Under the pieces are notes generated by a model. That model did no database searches and had not been told where the DNA came from. It was given only the letters and a program-made list of their open reading frames with translations. A stretch of 64,000 nucleotides of DNA from Octopus vulgaris (Eukaryota), in assembly GCA_951406725.2 (NCBI GenBank), contig OX597816.1, positions 62,001 to 126,000 of the forward strand, in the 5' to 3' direction. The position numbers and the translations under genes were made by a program. Positions within the stretch are counted from its first letter, which is position 1, and the number at the start of each line of letters is the position of its first letter. This document shows, in pieces, positions 1 to 14,100 of the stretch.

Positions 1-2121
1 TGAATGAGCAAGCGCATGTATATCTCTCTTGAGAACAATAGATTTCATTGGTGGTACCTGTTATCTCAATTCTAACTTTTGGTGGCTGAGAAGAGGTCAG
101 GAGGGTCAAGTGACAAAAGATATTATTCTGCTTAGATAAGGACTCTGGTAAATTTAACTGCTGTCACTCACAGAAAAACTATTGTTTTAGCGTGAGAAAA
201 GTGCTGTTGAACTGTTAAGTGAAATTTGGCGATCAACAATCAAATCCACGCCATGCCTGCATGAAACCACTTTATCACCTATGTCTATCCCTCTCTTCAT
301 AATCTAACCCAGTGCTACTCAACCATTTCTCACCTATGAACCACCTTAATCCCTGTTTTGCTCAGGAGGGCTCTCATAGCCAATCAGTGTTTTAAAAATT
401 TATTATTATATTTTTATAATTGCATTTATTAGTCATTTTAAAAAGAGCTACTGAAATATTTTGTATGTCACAGAAGTATAAAAAATTTTATCAACATAAT
501 TTTTCGCAGCAACCCATTTTATAGACCCCCAAAGGTCATATGGACCTCATTTGAAAAGAACTGCTTTAATTACTCATCACCTAGCACAAACCATTTCCCT
601 CAGTGTTACTCACCACTCAGTTGAAGTATCTTGTCTTGCAAGTTTCTTGGTAATTTCACTGCTGGTGCCACATGCAAAGCACTCAGTAGGGTACACACTA
701 TAAAGTGCTTGGAATGAGGAATGGTAGAAAGCATGCCAAGGCAGACAATAGAGCTTAGCACAGTGTTCTGAATTTGAAGCTCCTGTCAAACAGTCTATCC
801 CTTTCCAGCATGGAAGGCAGACGTTAAATGATGATATTGATTCTACAGACCATACTCAGAGATATGGTAGTTTTTGAGGAAGCTAAATATAGACAAATAG
901 GTTTTGAAATCTACACAGGCTATGTACAAGGGTACTATCAGTAACAAGACATTTCACCATGAGTACAATGACAAATTTAGTGTACAGGTAGGTATTCATC
1001 AGGGCTCGGCTCTCAGTCTCAGTCTCATCTCATTCATCATCATTTTTTAGACGCAGCAAATGATTTCAGCTCAAATACGGGCGATTCATTGGTTAAAATT
1101 CGAAGAATTAAACTATGTTAAACTTACAAATTACAAATTTATCAAAAAAGCCAAGTGAATATAATGTTTTTTTTTTGACACATTCTACCAGTATACGAAG
1201 TTTTAAAGTGTTTAGTTAACTAGAAATTGTGTTGAAATCTGGCTATCAAAAGGAAAAGATTCACAACGAAGGTTTTAGTAAGCAAGAAAATAAAAAAAGA
1301 TACTACACCATGCAGGTTAAAACGCTAGGTGCAAATAGTGCAGACATTAATTCCTTAACACAAGACGTGCAGGTCAATCACAAAAAATAGACAAGATGAG
1401 TGATGAGTAGCAATGAACAACGTAAGCTTCTATCTATCAATTTATCTATCTATCGAGCTATCAAGCAGTCTATCTTTCTATGTGTTTGATAATTGGTATG
1501 TCTATTCTTCTTCTGACTCCATCTATCTCTGTCGAATTATTTATCTGTTACAATCTGCTTCCTATCTATCAACGTTTTCATATACTTACACAAGTTACGA
1601 AATATCACTAGGGGTCATTTTCGTCATGTCAAAGTAAATAAATCAAAAAGTAATTAACTTACCTTCGTATATTGAGTGAAGAAATTAACTTTCTTTTCCA
1701 GTAACTAAATATTAAAACAACTGAATAACTTCGTTGACTTTTCCAGCGACTTTCATTTAAAAATGGCGCTTCGATTAATTATTGATTGCAGTTTCTACGT
1801 CACATTACTTTCACATTCGTATCACACGAAATAACCGAATTAAGATTTATTAACGGGGAATAAAACCAGCAAAAAATATTTAAAACTGTTTTTTATTCAA
1901 CTTTATTCAAACTTTATTACTATTCGCTGAGTAATCCGCTTACTATTGCTGTCTTAATTGTAGACGCGTTGTTTCGTATTAGGTAGAATACATATATCAA
2001 CGTAATTTTCGTACCCTATACAAAATATGATATTGTAGCAATATTGCTATCTTCACTGTTTGAGAAAAACATTAGGAATGATCTCGTTTGAGATTACAAA
2101 CATCTTTGGCTAGTTTAATCT

Positions 2122-2798
2122 TGTTGTGTCCAACTTTCTGATTGGTTAGCATCTAAGCGCGGTCTGTTTCTCTACTTATTTCGCGCTAGTGTGTAAACTG
2201 ACCAATTACGGCTTTCGGATAGGACTTTTCATTTGAGCCATCTTCACTCTTTAAATAGGATGATCATATCACGATTCACGTCTTTCGGCTTAAGACCTTT
2301 TAAGGTCTTGGTCGGAGACCACACAGAGCTTACTCAACCATGTTCCAGTTCGAAAGGCAGACGAGCCAAGCCAACCATATAATGAAGACGGTATTGTAAA
2401 CCAGCGACAGACATAACGTCATCACCAACATCGTCTCCATCTACGAAGATTTCAACTTGTACACAAGATAAATACAGATTCAACTCATGCTGTTTGTGAG
2501 AAAATCTCACCACGGAAAAACAGTTGCAGTATATATATCTGAAAGAATATCTATATCAAGAAAAAAATATGCACAAGTGACTCAACTAATCTCAGCTCTG
2601 AGACTCAAATCTTGTATAGAACTCATTATCGTGTACTACATGAACTGGTAAAATAACTCTAAAGTAACTTCGTTTAAACTCAAAATGTTGAGACTTCTCA
2701 CATGCTCTGTTGTATTTGCATAAACCTTATTCTGTACTTCTGTCGCATACACGAACACACAGACACAAATATTATAAGCATGCATTCATGACACAACA
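2122..2798 (+). mobile_element. Possible solo LTR
   Basis: 677 bp bounded by the perfect inverted termini TGTTGTGTC...GACACAACA (TG..CA). CCAAT/ATTGG boxes and a TTTAAATA TATA-like box lie near the 5' end. No matching TSD was found. Confidence 0.4.
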
Positions 2799-4869
2799 CT
2801 ACGCTAATAATAACAAATCACTTTGTACAGGGTGAATAAAAGATATCTTCTCTTTATAAAAGTAGAACGGTTTTTGGTGTCTCTTTATTCATCTACTCTG
2901 GCACTGCATACAAACATGTTTTATGGCAAATATAACATTATGTTATGTTATGTTGGGATGCGGCCGGACGCTGTTGTACAAGAGGAGAAATATGTCACCG
3001 AAACTCCTCACGGACGGTCGTATACTAACAATATTGTTACGAACCTGCCGTCGCTCAACTCGAACCCGGGACCCTACTAAGTCGAGCAACGACGATGACC
3101 AGGCTCAGTCAAACGGAATCCGCCACAGAAAAACGGTGTTGGAGATGGCAGCGAACTGAAGCTGGTAACCGGAGATAACAACAACAACAGGAAGAGAGAG
3201 ACACGGCAGAAGGCAGTTGCTTACGTTTAACAATAGTTTATTCAATTATTACAACATCAAATAAAATGTGATACATATCAGATACATTAAAGAAAATAAC
3301 ATGTGTAGTGACGTCTTATTCCAGTGTGCGCACACGCAACGTCATTCTTCAGTGTGCGTGTGCGGAACGTCCTTCTTCAGTGTGCGTGTGCGGGGTTGGA
3401 ACCTTCTGGAAAGGCATAAGGAAGTTCCCTCATGCACATGCGCGGGAGACTGAGGAAGAAATTCTATTGCGTTCCTTAATAGCGTCGGGGACTTGAGACA
3501 CGGCGATAGAAGAGAAAGGACGTATTTTTAAACGTGTGATCAGCCTATTCTCCTGTCCCAGAGGCTTAGGATTTAACCTCTTCTATTGCTGCTGAATTGT
3601 TGTAAGAAGCTTACGAACGTTTGAATTCAGCCTTGCTGTGTTGAACTAGGTGGATACCAGTATACCATCGTGTTTCATTGTTGATTAAGAAAATAAAGAA
3701 TTCTATATATATTTTAAACTTGCGTTTCGTTCCTGACTGGTAGTTTCTAGAAACAAAAAGAAAGGAAATTGTGTTGCACCCAAGTTGCACCCCAAAAGTG
3801 TAAAGAAGCAACCAGTTCCCTTTACATATGCAACAGAATTAAAAAGAAAAACAACGATCAAAGGCATGCACGATACAACACAGTCCGAAGACAATCAAAA
3901 CATTAATGTTCAACGCAATACAGAGTTCGAAACAGTTCAAATTAAAGTCTTTCTCTTTCCTTCTTTTTTTTCCCTCCTCTTTCTAACACAATTCACAAGG
4001 TTCTTTTCCCTTCTTTTTCTTGACACAATTCTTTTTCTTTTTTTTACAACAGTTTACAGTTTACGTCACAATTCTTTTTTTTCAGTTCTTTTCCTTCAAC
4101 GCACATCAACACCAAAATTCAACAACAAAAAACATAAACAAACATTACCGCATGTTTTCTCGTTTACAAACTCCTACTACGAGCATTCTAGCCTTCTCGC
4201 CGTAATCTCCCTCACTTCCTCAATCCTCTGTGTCTGTCTTTCTCGCCACGCTTGTCATCCTTGTCGTTGCCTCTCCCGACTGCACCTCTAGCCAACTGAC
4301 TGTCTCAGGCAAAACTGACCAACCCAGGCCAACTCTCTCTCGCCAACTGATTCACAAACCCCAAGCTCGCCGCATTTTAAAGGGTAGCAGATTTATTTTT
4401 TTCTTGAACTTTGCTTGACCGGAAAGGGTCAGAGGTATCTTCCAAACTCATTAATTTCCCTAGAAAATGACAGGACAAAAGTCAATAACCTGTCTCCCTA
4501 GTCAAGCTGGCACCAAACCACGAAACCAGGTCACAGCACTTTTTTTTCCCAATGACGTCGTATCAATATATATATATTTATCTATTATCCACTACTGTAG
4601 AAAGAAACTTTTGATAGGATATTATAATTCATAACAGTCTTTCCTGATGAGCTAAAATTTAACCAAACAGAATTACGGTATCGTGCGCACATTATAAACA
4701 CAACAACCATTGACTCCTTACATCTCTTGATTATATATATATAATTGTATCTTTTTGTATACATACATACTACAATGAGGAAAGCAGGAACAGTTAACCA
4801 CAAAGAAATAAAACACCTTATATATCTCCCTAACAAGTGTGCTATATCTTCACGTCTTTTTTTAAACCT

Positions 4870-7800
4870 TTGTACTACGGTATGGATGGGTACGCCGTAA
4901 TGCTGAACAGGAATACAAAATGCACATATCAGAGATCAACAGGAAAAAGCGCAATAGATCATCCAACCATCTCGAGCAGATGACAAAAAAGGCAGTGCTT
5001 GAATTCGAACAGCGCATAGCAAACAACCCTGACAGCAAAGTGTTCTGGAAGAATGTACATTCAAAGCAGAGACCTCACTCTCCAATTAGCCCCTTTCGCA
5101 ATCCCCACACAGGCCAAATTACTGACAATCTCAAAGAATGTACAGAAATCATTGTCGGATGCTATGCAGGCATCTTTACTGTCGAAGATCAAAATGTTCC
5201 ATCTTCATCACCACTGACACCGGACTCTATAACTACTATGAAATTTACACCAGCAATGCTACAACGCCACCTTAAGAATAAACGTAACTATGCCTCTCCT
5301 GGTCTCGATGGTGTTACATACCTATTTCTCAAACGTGGTGGGTACTTTCTTCTAAACCAACTTTCACTATTCTTTCAATTCTGTCTTGACAATGGTGTTA
5401 CTCCAGAGCAGTGGAAAACTGCCAGTGTTATGCCTCTGTTCAAAACAGGTGACCGCACATCGCCTGTCAACTATCGCCCTGTCAGTCTTACTAGCTGCAT
5501 CGCCAAACTGATGGAATCCTGTGTCAGAGAAACCCTCTGGAACTTCTGGAAGTCTTACAGCCTCATCTAGCCGTCACAATTTGGATTCATTCCTAACTCC
5601 AGCTGCTGTAATCAACTCATCGAGTTTCTTGAGGACATTACCCGAATCACTGATGGCAGCTCCTGGGTGGATGTTGTTTACCTGGACTTTGCCAAGGCTT
5701 TTAATTCTGTGCCACACAAAAGACTTATGGTGAAACTCTCTGCAATGGGTGTAAGAGATGATCTCTATAACTGGTTGAAGTCCTTCGTTATCGGCCGAAA
5801 AGAGGTTGTCACAGTTCTAGGACAGCACTCTTCACCCTATGAGAGGACATCTGGTGTGCCACAGGGATCTATTCTTGCCCCACTTTTATTTGTTGCATAT
5901 GTTAATGACATAGATGCCAACTTAAAGAACGCCACAGTGCTGAAATATGCAGATAACATCAAGCTGTACCTCGAAATAAAGAGGTCAGATCCTGTGATTG
6001 ATGGCAATCCCTCAAGGTCGAGGATGATGGTATTCGCGCAAATTTACTGGTGAGTCCGCAGGTGACCAATAAGACCAATTCTTGCTTGAAAAGATCGGTC
6101 GCAGTGCGAACATCTAGTGCCGGAAGGGAGCATCGCACGTGGTTGTTGTTGGCGCTCCTTCCGTCGTCGTCTTTTCTCCTCCAGCTCTGCAGACCTTTTC
6201 GACTCGAAAGTCGCCGTTCCCTCATGGATGGTGGTTTTCCAGAGTGGTCTGTTTTTTGCCGTTTCCTCCCAGTTAGTGAAATGTACGTCACACTTTTTGA
6301 GGTTCGTTTTCAGGGAGTCCTTGTAGCGTTTCTTCTGGCCTCCTTTTGTACGCTTGCCGCCTTTGAGTTGGGAGTAGAAGATCTGTTTGGGAAGTCGTTC
6401 GTCAGTCATTCTAACCACGTGGCCTCTCCATCTTAGTTGGCTTTGATGACATAGGCTTCGATGCTGGTCATTTTTTGCTTCTTGTAGCACGCTGACGTTT
6501 GTTCTTCTGTCTTTCCAGCTGATGTTAAGGATCTTCCGAAGACAGCGTTAGTGAAATTTCTCGAGCGTTTTCAGGTGGTGACTATACGGGGTCCAGGTTT
6601 CGGATGCGTAAAGGAGGGTTGGAATAACGACTGCCCTGTACACCATGAGTTTGGTTTCGGTTCGGATGTCCCGATCAGCAAAAACTCTTGTTCGAAGCTT
6701 GCCGAAAGCTGTTCCTGCACACTTCAGACGGTGTTGGATTTCATCGCTGAGGTCTACCTTTGCTGACAGATGGCTCCCAAGGTAGCAGAAATGGTTCACA
6801 TTTTCCAGTGGAATTCCTTCGAGTTGAATCGATGGCGGGTTATCAACACGGGCATTGGGAGGAGGTTGGTAGAGTAAGTGAGTCTTCTTGATGTTGATGC
6901 TCAGTCCAAGTTTAGTATATGCATGATGAAAAGCATTTAGGATCTGTTGGAGGTGATCCTCTCTGTAAGCTGCTACACTGTTGTCGTCGGCATACTGGAA
7001 CTCTAGCAAGCTTCGCGCCATTGTCTTTGACGTACTTTTGAGGCGAGTGAGGTTGAAAAGCTTGCCGTCCATTCTGTACGAGATCTCGATGCCAGGTGGA
7101 AGGTCATCTTGTATGATGTGCAACACTGTCGCGAAAAAGATGGTAAAGAGAGTTGGCGCTATCACGCAGCCTTGCTTCACTCCGGAGGTGACTTTAAAGG
7201 GCTCAGTACTGCCTCCGTCGGTCTGAACTCTGGCGTGCATATTGTTGTGGAGGAGTTTGAGGATCCGGATGAACTTATCTGGGCATCCATACTGGGCGAG
7301 AATATCCCAGAGGAGCTCTCGCGAGACACGATCAAAGGCTTTGGATAGGTTGATAAAGGCCAAATAGAGCGGTTGGTGTTGCTCACGACATTTTTCTTGT
7401 AGCTGTCGCAGCGTGAAGATCATGTCGGTTGTGCTTCGTGATGGCCTAAAGCCGGTCTGCGTCTCGGGAAGGAAGGAAAGAAGGAAGATCCTGTACACTA
7501 TAGATCTCTATTGCAAGCAGACCTGGACACAATGCAGCAGTGGATCATGTACTGGCACCTCAAGCTGGCTGTGGACAAATGTACCACCATGCATTTGGGG
7601 AGGAGAAACTCAGCGTCTACTTACTCCCTCCACAACACTAATCTCAAAAAGTCTTCTTGTGAACGTGACCTGGGTGTTATTGTCGACAGTGATTTGCGAT
7701 GGACAAAACACATCGCTAAAATTGCCAAGAAGGCTGAGGGTGTCTTGGCATCACTCACCAAGTCCTTTGTGAGCCGCTCTCCGGCTATCTATCTGCGGCT

Positions 7801-8410
7801 TTATATAGCTATGGTAAGACCTCATCTGGAATTTGCACCACCGGTATGGAACCCCTATCTTGCCCAGGCTATTAATCGTCTGGAAGCCGTTCAGCGACGT
7901 GCAACCAAAAGAATACCCTCCATCAGGCATTTGCCATATTCTGGACGCCTTACTTCCCTGGGCATGGACACATTGAAGCTCCGACGTCTGGCAGCTGACT
8001 TGGCAGACACCCATAAAAATATTAACCATCTTACAAACAATAACTCTGAGCACCTTTTCAAACTCCCCCCGTCTAACACCTGTGGACATATTTACAAAGT
8101 CAGAAAACGGCACAGCTCCCATGACTTTAGGAAACATTTTTTCACGCTGAGAGTTGCTGAAGCATGGAACAAACTGCCGGCATCAGTTGTTAGTTGTCGG
8201 AGCACTGCATCCTTCAAAACTTCCATGCTTTCTGAGATTCGCCAACACTACACCTGATTTTCTCCCCTCCATACACACACAAGCATGTATCTGACTCATA
8301 CATTGTTCGCTTTCCAGACATTTGTACATTACTGCATATACTTTATACGCCCTTTCTGACAAGTTGTGGTGCACCTGAGCACTGTATACAATAATTTCAT
8401 TATATTATAT
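4870..8410 (+). mobile_element. 5'-truncated CR1/L2-group LINE (ORF2 RT), interrupted by an RTE insertion at 5996-7485
   Basis: ORFs 4920-5570, 5667-5995 and 7495-8257 carry SPGLDG, NYRPVSLTS, VYLDFAKAF, SGVPQGS, KYADN, ERDLGV, VRPHLEF and VQRRATK. There is a premature TAG at 5568. Removing the RTE rejoins the frame (KRSDPV|HYRSLLQADL). The 5' boundary is approximate. Confidence 0.92.
5996..7485 (-). mobile_element. 5'-truncated RTE-clade (BovB/RTE-1-like) LINE with TSD AGATCCTGT
   Basis: RT motifs QTGFRPSRST, SKAFDRV, GVKQGC, QYADD and FCYLGS; C-terminal CSHC..HLRTH zinc finger; a single stop at 6548-6550; a 48-nt 3' UTR. TSD at 5987-5995 and 7486-7494. Confidence 0.95.
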
Positions 8411-9755
8411 AATAACTTGCTGAGTGATACCCAGCATGGTTTTCGACCAGGTAAGAGCTGCCTGACCCAGCTCTTACAACATTATGACTGGGTGTTGAGG
8501 CAGTTACTCAACAAATCAAATGTGGACGTAATCTACCTTGATTTTGTAAAAGCTTTTGACAAGGTGGATCATGGTATGATATGCCACAAACTGCGTGACC
8601 TCGGCATAGCTGGAAAACTTGGAGTGTGGTTGCATGACTTCCTGAAAGATAGGAGTCAGACAGTAGTGGTTAATGGAGCCACCTCTATGAACACACAAAT
8701 AGTGGGCGGCGTTCCACAGGGCACTGTCTTGGGACCACTGCTTTTTATAGTGGCCCTCTCAGATATGCCCTCAAATGCCTGGATAGCCACTCTGGCAAGC
8801 TATGCAGACGATACGAAAGTCTCTCAGAAAATACAGAACCCCAGCGATGTTTCACACCTGCAGCAGGAGTTGGACTAAATCTACAGATGGGCTGAGGATA
8901 ATAATATGCAGTTTAATGCTGAAAAATTCCAGGCCCTGCGCTACCAGCATCCAAAACTGAAAATTAAACTTACATGATACACCGGTCCACAGGGAATTTC
9001 AATCCCAGAGCCTAAGTCTGTGAGGGACCTGGGTATCGACATGAGTGAGGATACCCCTTTCCAAGTGCACATTACCAGGATGGCGACAAAGTGCAGACGA
9101 CTGGCTGGATGGATCCTAAGAACATTCAGAACCAGAGATAAGAAAACCATGATGGTCCTCTGGCGGACATTCGTCCTCAGCCGCCTGGATTACTGCTCAC
9201 AGCTATGGTCACCCATCATTGTGAAATTAACAGCGGACCTTGAAGCAATCCAGAGAAGATTCACAAAGAAGATCGTCTCTTTGCAACAGCTCAGCTACTG
9301 GGAAAGGTTGAAATAGCTAAGACTCTACTCCCTGGACAGAAGACGGGAGAGGTATGCAGTAATATATGTCTGGAAGATCCTGGAAGGAATTGTGCCAAAT
9401 TTTGGCATTGTAAGCTACACCAATGCTAGAACGGGACGAGACTGCATAGTGCCAAAGATCCCAGCAATGCCATCACGCTTCAGGACCAGCTTCTGCAGCA
9501 GCCTGGGTTTCAAGGGCCCACAGCTTTTTAATATTCTCCCAAAGAGTCTGAGGAACTTGCACAAAGTAGATGTAGCAGTTTTTAAATTAAAACTGGACAT
9601 CTTCCTGTCGAGAGTTTCAGATGAACCTATCTCAGGACAAGAGGTGCAAATGAGAGTAGCTATATCAAACTCCATTCTTCACCAAGTGCCACATATTAGA
9701 GGAGGCTCTTCGTAATAACAGTGTAGCACAAAACGGCGGTGCATCAGCATAGCCG

Positions 9756-9760
<5 letters not shown>
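8411..9760 (+). mobile_element. 5'-truncated CR1/L2-group LINE (second family), RT to 3' tail
   Basis: QHGFRPGKSC, YLDFVKAFDKV, GVPQGTVLGP, SYADD and RLDYCSQLWSP with several stops. It ends GGCGGTGCATCAGCATAGCCGC and then (TA)n. Same family as 60740-63202. Confidence 0.9.
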
Positions 9761-9792
<32 letters not shown>

Positions 9793-10187
9793 CATACATA
9801 CATACATACATACACACATACATATATACGTGTATATACCCACACACGCATATATACTATCTAAAACAAAATAAAAACCTGATTAAGTCCAAAGTACTAG
9901 ATATTGTTAGTACTTTATATAGTTGTGGGGTGTAATTAAATGTAGATTATAAGCTAGTCACTGTTTATTTGTTAAAGGTATCAGCAGAAAACTTGCATGC
10001 GTATGTGTGTTTGTTCGTGCACGAATGCTCCCCTTCGCAAGCGAAAAACGAACATATTTAAATTTTAAACTGTCACGTCATTTTTATATGATATATGGGA
10101 AGTAACTCTAGAAATTAATTTTCAGTTATCTCCCTTAATTACGTAGTTTTGTCGCTATTTACTCTTTTATTCTCTGTTAATTTTTTC

Positions 10188-10370
10188 AGTTATTTGACTG
10201 CCGCCATGGTGGCGCAACGCCTTTATCCGAGTAAATCAACCCAGGACTTATTCTTTGTAGGCCTTGTACATAACCTATCGTTTTCTTTGGCTGAACCGCT
10301 AAGTTACGGGGACGTGAACACACCATCACCGGTTGTCAAGCGATGCTGGAGGGATAAACAGACATACAAA
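10188..10370 (-). mobile_element. Diverged 3' half of the tRNA-derived SINE (antisense)
   Basis: Reverse complement of about 10930-11115 (e.g. GAACCGCTAAGTTACGGGGACGTGAACACACC vs GGTGTGTTTACGTCCCCGTCACTTAGCGGTTC). Confidence 0.8.
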
Positions 10371-10730
<360 letters not shown>

Positions 10731-10731
10731 A

Positions 10732-11132
10732 GGCGCAGGAGTGGCTGTTTGGTAAGTAGCTTGCTAACCAACCACATGGTTCCGGGTTCAGTCCCACTGC
10801 GTGGCATCTTGGGCAAGTGTCTTCTGCTATAGCCCCAGGCCGACCAATGCCTTGTGAGTGGATTTGGTAGACGGAAACTGAAAGAAGCCTGTCGTATATA
10901 TGTATATATATATAAGTGTGTGTGAATATGTTTGTGTGTCTGTGTTTGTTCCCCTAGCATTGCTTGACAACTGATGCTGGTGTGTTTACGTCCCCGTCAC
11001 TTAGCGGTTCGGCAAAAGAGACCGATAGAATAAGTACTGGGCTTACAAAGAATAAGTCCCGGGGTCGAGTTGCTCGACTAAAGGCGGTGCTGCAGCATGG
11101 CCGCAGTCAAATGACTGAAACAAGTAAAAAGA

Positions 11133-11134
<2 letters not shown>
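10732..11134 (+). mobile_element. Full-length tRNA-derived SINE with CR1/L2-type tail
   Basis: A-box-like TGGCTGTTTGG, B-box-like GGTTCAGTCC, an internal TG/TA tract, and the tail GGCGGTGCTGCAGCATGGCCGCAGTC..TGAAACAAGTAAAAAGAGTA. Near-identical to 51154-51564. Confidence 0.9.
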
Positions 11135-11204
<70 letters not shown>

Positions 11205-11466
11205 GCACAAATTCTGTAAGTTCAAGACCTTTCATCGGATCTCCAGGAATCGAACTTTCTTCAATGCAGTTAAACTTACACTCTCATTTGTATCTACCCC
11301 TTTTGATGTTTGGGAATCTGATGTTTTTTCGGCTGACGAGTACGAGCCATCTGTATTTACTGCATTTTTTGTAGCTTATTAAAGATGTCCTCGTACGAAA
11401 CAATTGTACCGAGATTTTAATCCATTCTTGTTGCTTTTTTCCTATATACATTTATATATATATACA

Positions 11467-11510
<44 letters not shown>

Positions 11511-11513
<3 letters not shown>

Positions 11514-13248
11514 TATCATCATCATCATCATCATCATTTAGCGTCCGTTTTCCATGCTAGCATGGGTTAGACGGTTTTAACTGGGGTCTGTGAAGCCGGA
11601 AGGCTTCATCAGGCCCAGTCAGATTTGGCAGTGTTTCTACGGCTGGATGCCCTTCCTAACGCCAACCACTCCGTGAGTATAGTGGGTGCTTTTTACGTGC
11701 CACCTGCACAGGTGCCAGACAGAGCTGGCAAACAGCCACGAACAGATGGTGTTTTTACGTACCACCGGCACGGGGGCCAGGCGAGGCTTGCAACGGACAC
11801 AAACGGATGGTGCTTTTACGTGCTACCGGCACGGGGGCCAGGCGAGGCTGGCAACGGACAAACGATCGGATGGTTCGCTTAACCACAGCTGCAATTTCCA
11901 CTAATGTTGATCGGCCTCAATTTTGGTTCTGCTTTCTGATATCTGATTTGGTTTGGTTTGATTTTGACTGTTCTCACTGGTCTTGCCGGGTCTTCTCACG
12001 CATAGCATACTTCCATAGGTCTCGGTCTCTAGTCATTTCCTTGGTGAGACCTAAAGTTCGAAGGTCGTGCTTCACCACCTCGTCCCAGGTTTTCCTGGGT
12101 CTACCTCTTCCACAGGTTCCCTCAACTGCTAGAGTGTGGAACTTTTGCACACAACTATCTTCACCCATTCTCGTCACATGCCCATACCAGCGCAGACGTC
12201 TCTCTTGCACACCACAACTGATGCTTCTTAGGTCCAACTTTTCTCTCAAGGTACTTACACTCTGTCGATTATGAACACTGACATTACACATCCATCGGAG
12301 CATACTGGCTTCATTTCTTGCGAGCTTACGCATATCCTCAGCAGTCACGGCCCATGTTTCACTACCATGTAGCATGGCTGTAAGTACACATGCATCATAC
12401 AGTCTGCCTTTTACTCTGAGCGAGAGGCCCTTTGTCACCAGCAGGGGTAAGAGCTCTCTAAACTTTGCCCAGGCTATTCTTACTCTAGCAGTTACACTTT
12501 CAGCACACCTGACCTGGTCACCTAGGGAGCGGAAGCTATCAACTACTTCTAGTTTTTCTCCCTGGAACGTGGTAGACGTTGGTCTCTGCAAATTTTCAGT
12601 GTTTATTGCTCTTGAACATCTGCCACAGACAAAAACTATTTTCCTAGTTAGCCTTCCTTTGACATTGCTACACCTCTTATGTGTCCATAGCTTGGTGCAC
12701 CTTATAGAGTTTCTACCAATACCTTTTTTACAGATCGAGCAGGGCCATCTACCTGAAGGCGTTTGTGACTTGTCTACTTTCCTACTTATTAGGACTTTGG
12801 TTTTGGCTAGATTGATTCTGAGGCCCTTCGATTCTAGACCTTGCTTCCACACCTGAAACTTCTCCTCCAGTTCTGATAGTGACTCAGCAATTAGAGCAAG
12901 GTCATCAGCATAGAGGAGCTCCCAGGGGCATCCTGTCTTGAATTCCTCCGTTATTGCCTGGAGGACTATGATAAATAGGAGGGGACTGAGGACTGAACCT
13001 TGGTGGACCCCAACCTCTACCCGGAATTCTTCACTGTACTCGTTGCCAACCCTCACCTTACTAGCAGCGTCTCTGTACATGGCTCGCACAGCTCTAACCA
13101 ATCATTCATCTATCCCTAGTCTCCTCATTAACCACCAGATAAGGGATCGGGGGACCCTGTCAAATGCTTTCTCCATATGAACGAAAGCCAGGTACAGGGG
13201 CTTATCTTTGGCTAGGTATTTCTCCTGCAGCTGTCTTACCAGGAATAT
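11511..13248 (-). mobile_element. 5'-truncated RTE LINE of the dominant family (RT with PHD-like insert, repeat-containing 3' UTR, (ATG)n tail)
   Basis: ORF 11974-13101 has GVHQGSVLSP, LLYADD, SETWA, RLRWYGHV and GRPRKTW. The 3' hairpin CCATGCTAGCATGG and (CAT)n lie at 11511-11565. Confidence 0.95.
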
Positions 13249-13331
13249 CTATACACTAGCAGAATTGCCCGGCGTTGCTCGGGGCTGAATTGCTTGAAAG
13301 TACTGTTAATGATTGCACTGAATTATGATGA

Positions 13332-13870
13332 TTATTCAGGCAAATATTGATATAAGTTTACGGTGGGAGATAAGGACTTAACGATCAAACGTGTGCCATT
13401 GCATTGTTTTGGGGGAACCAAATTTCTGATGAGCATTATAGGGGCACCAACTTTAAGTTTGAGAAAGTGTGGTGGTAGTCCGGGGTGCTCAAAGGAATTA
13501 AGTAACTCTATTGGATAGTTGATGACGTCCTCTGGGTCAGGAGTTGTATCGATAGACTGATATACATAGACTTCCCCAGGAATGAGTTTTAGCATTTCAT
13601 CATTAATATGGTGAACAGTTTTATTCCTCGGGGCCAGTATAGCCTTTTTGCCAATCCAATCCATATTCTGATAATTAGCTTGTAGATCTGGGAACACTGC
13701 ATCTCTGAGATCAGAAGGCATCTTAACAATGGTACAAATGGAATCGATGGCAATATTACCATTTTCATCCCCTGGTATTTTGCCTTCGCCAAGTGCAATG
13801 AGGGTGTGAGGAAATGCTGCTGATGTGATATTACGTCGCATATGAGCACGCATATTGGTGTGAAGTTTGA
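13332..13870 (-). pseudogene. Helitron RepHel PIF1-family helicase fragment
   Basis: AILAPRN..V..IN, YPIELLNSF, GLPPHFLKLKVGAPIMLIRNL and CNGTRLIV are typical of the PIF1/Helitron helicase C-terminal half. Confidence 0.9.
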
Positions 13871-14100
13871 GTTACTTTCGTTTATTTAAAAAAATATGCA
13901 TTAAAATGGAAAAAAATGATGGTAAATTATTTGTAAAATCATAGACTCATCGTAGACGCGCGCTAATACGCAGAAGGGCTCGATATGAATCACGACTATA
14001 AGATACCCGGTTTTGGTTAAACTGCATCGCAAAATGTGGGAGTAGTTAGGAATCTAAATCGGAGTAGACAGACACACAACCTTTCTTTTATATATAAATA

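Noticed and set aside
4636-4675. Hammerhead-like CTGATGAG..CAAAC
   Set aside because: The GAAA core is mutated, stem II is mismatched, and no consistent stems I/III were found. At best it is a dead remnant.
6050-6436. Antisense ORFs over LINE coding regions (also 12374-12856, 27100-27489, 40004-40348)
   Set aside because: These are shadow frames of retrotransposon ORFs with no independent motifs.
10732-10805. tRNA gene
   Set aside because: It has A/B boxes but continues into a multi-copy SINE body and tail, with no proper cloverleaf or terminator.
13332-13853. Host PIF1 helicase gene
   Set aside because: It is an intronless partial domain directly upstream of a Helitron 3' hairpin-CTAG, so it is transposon-derived.
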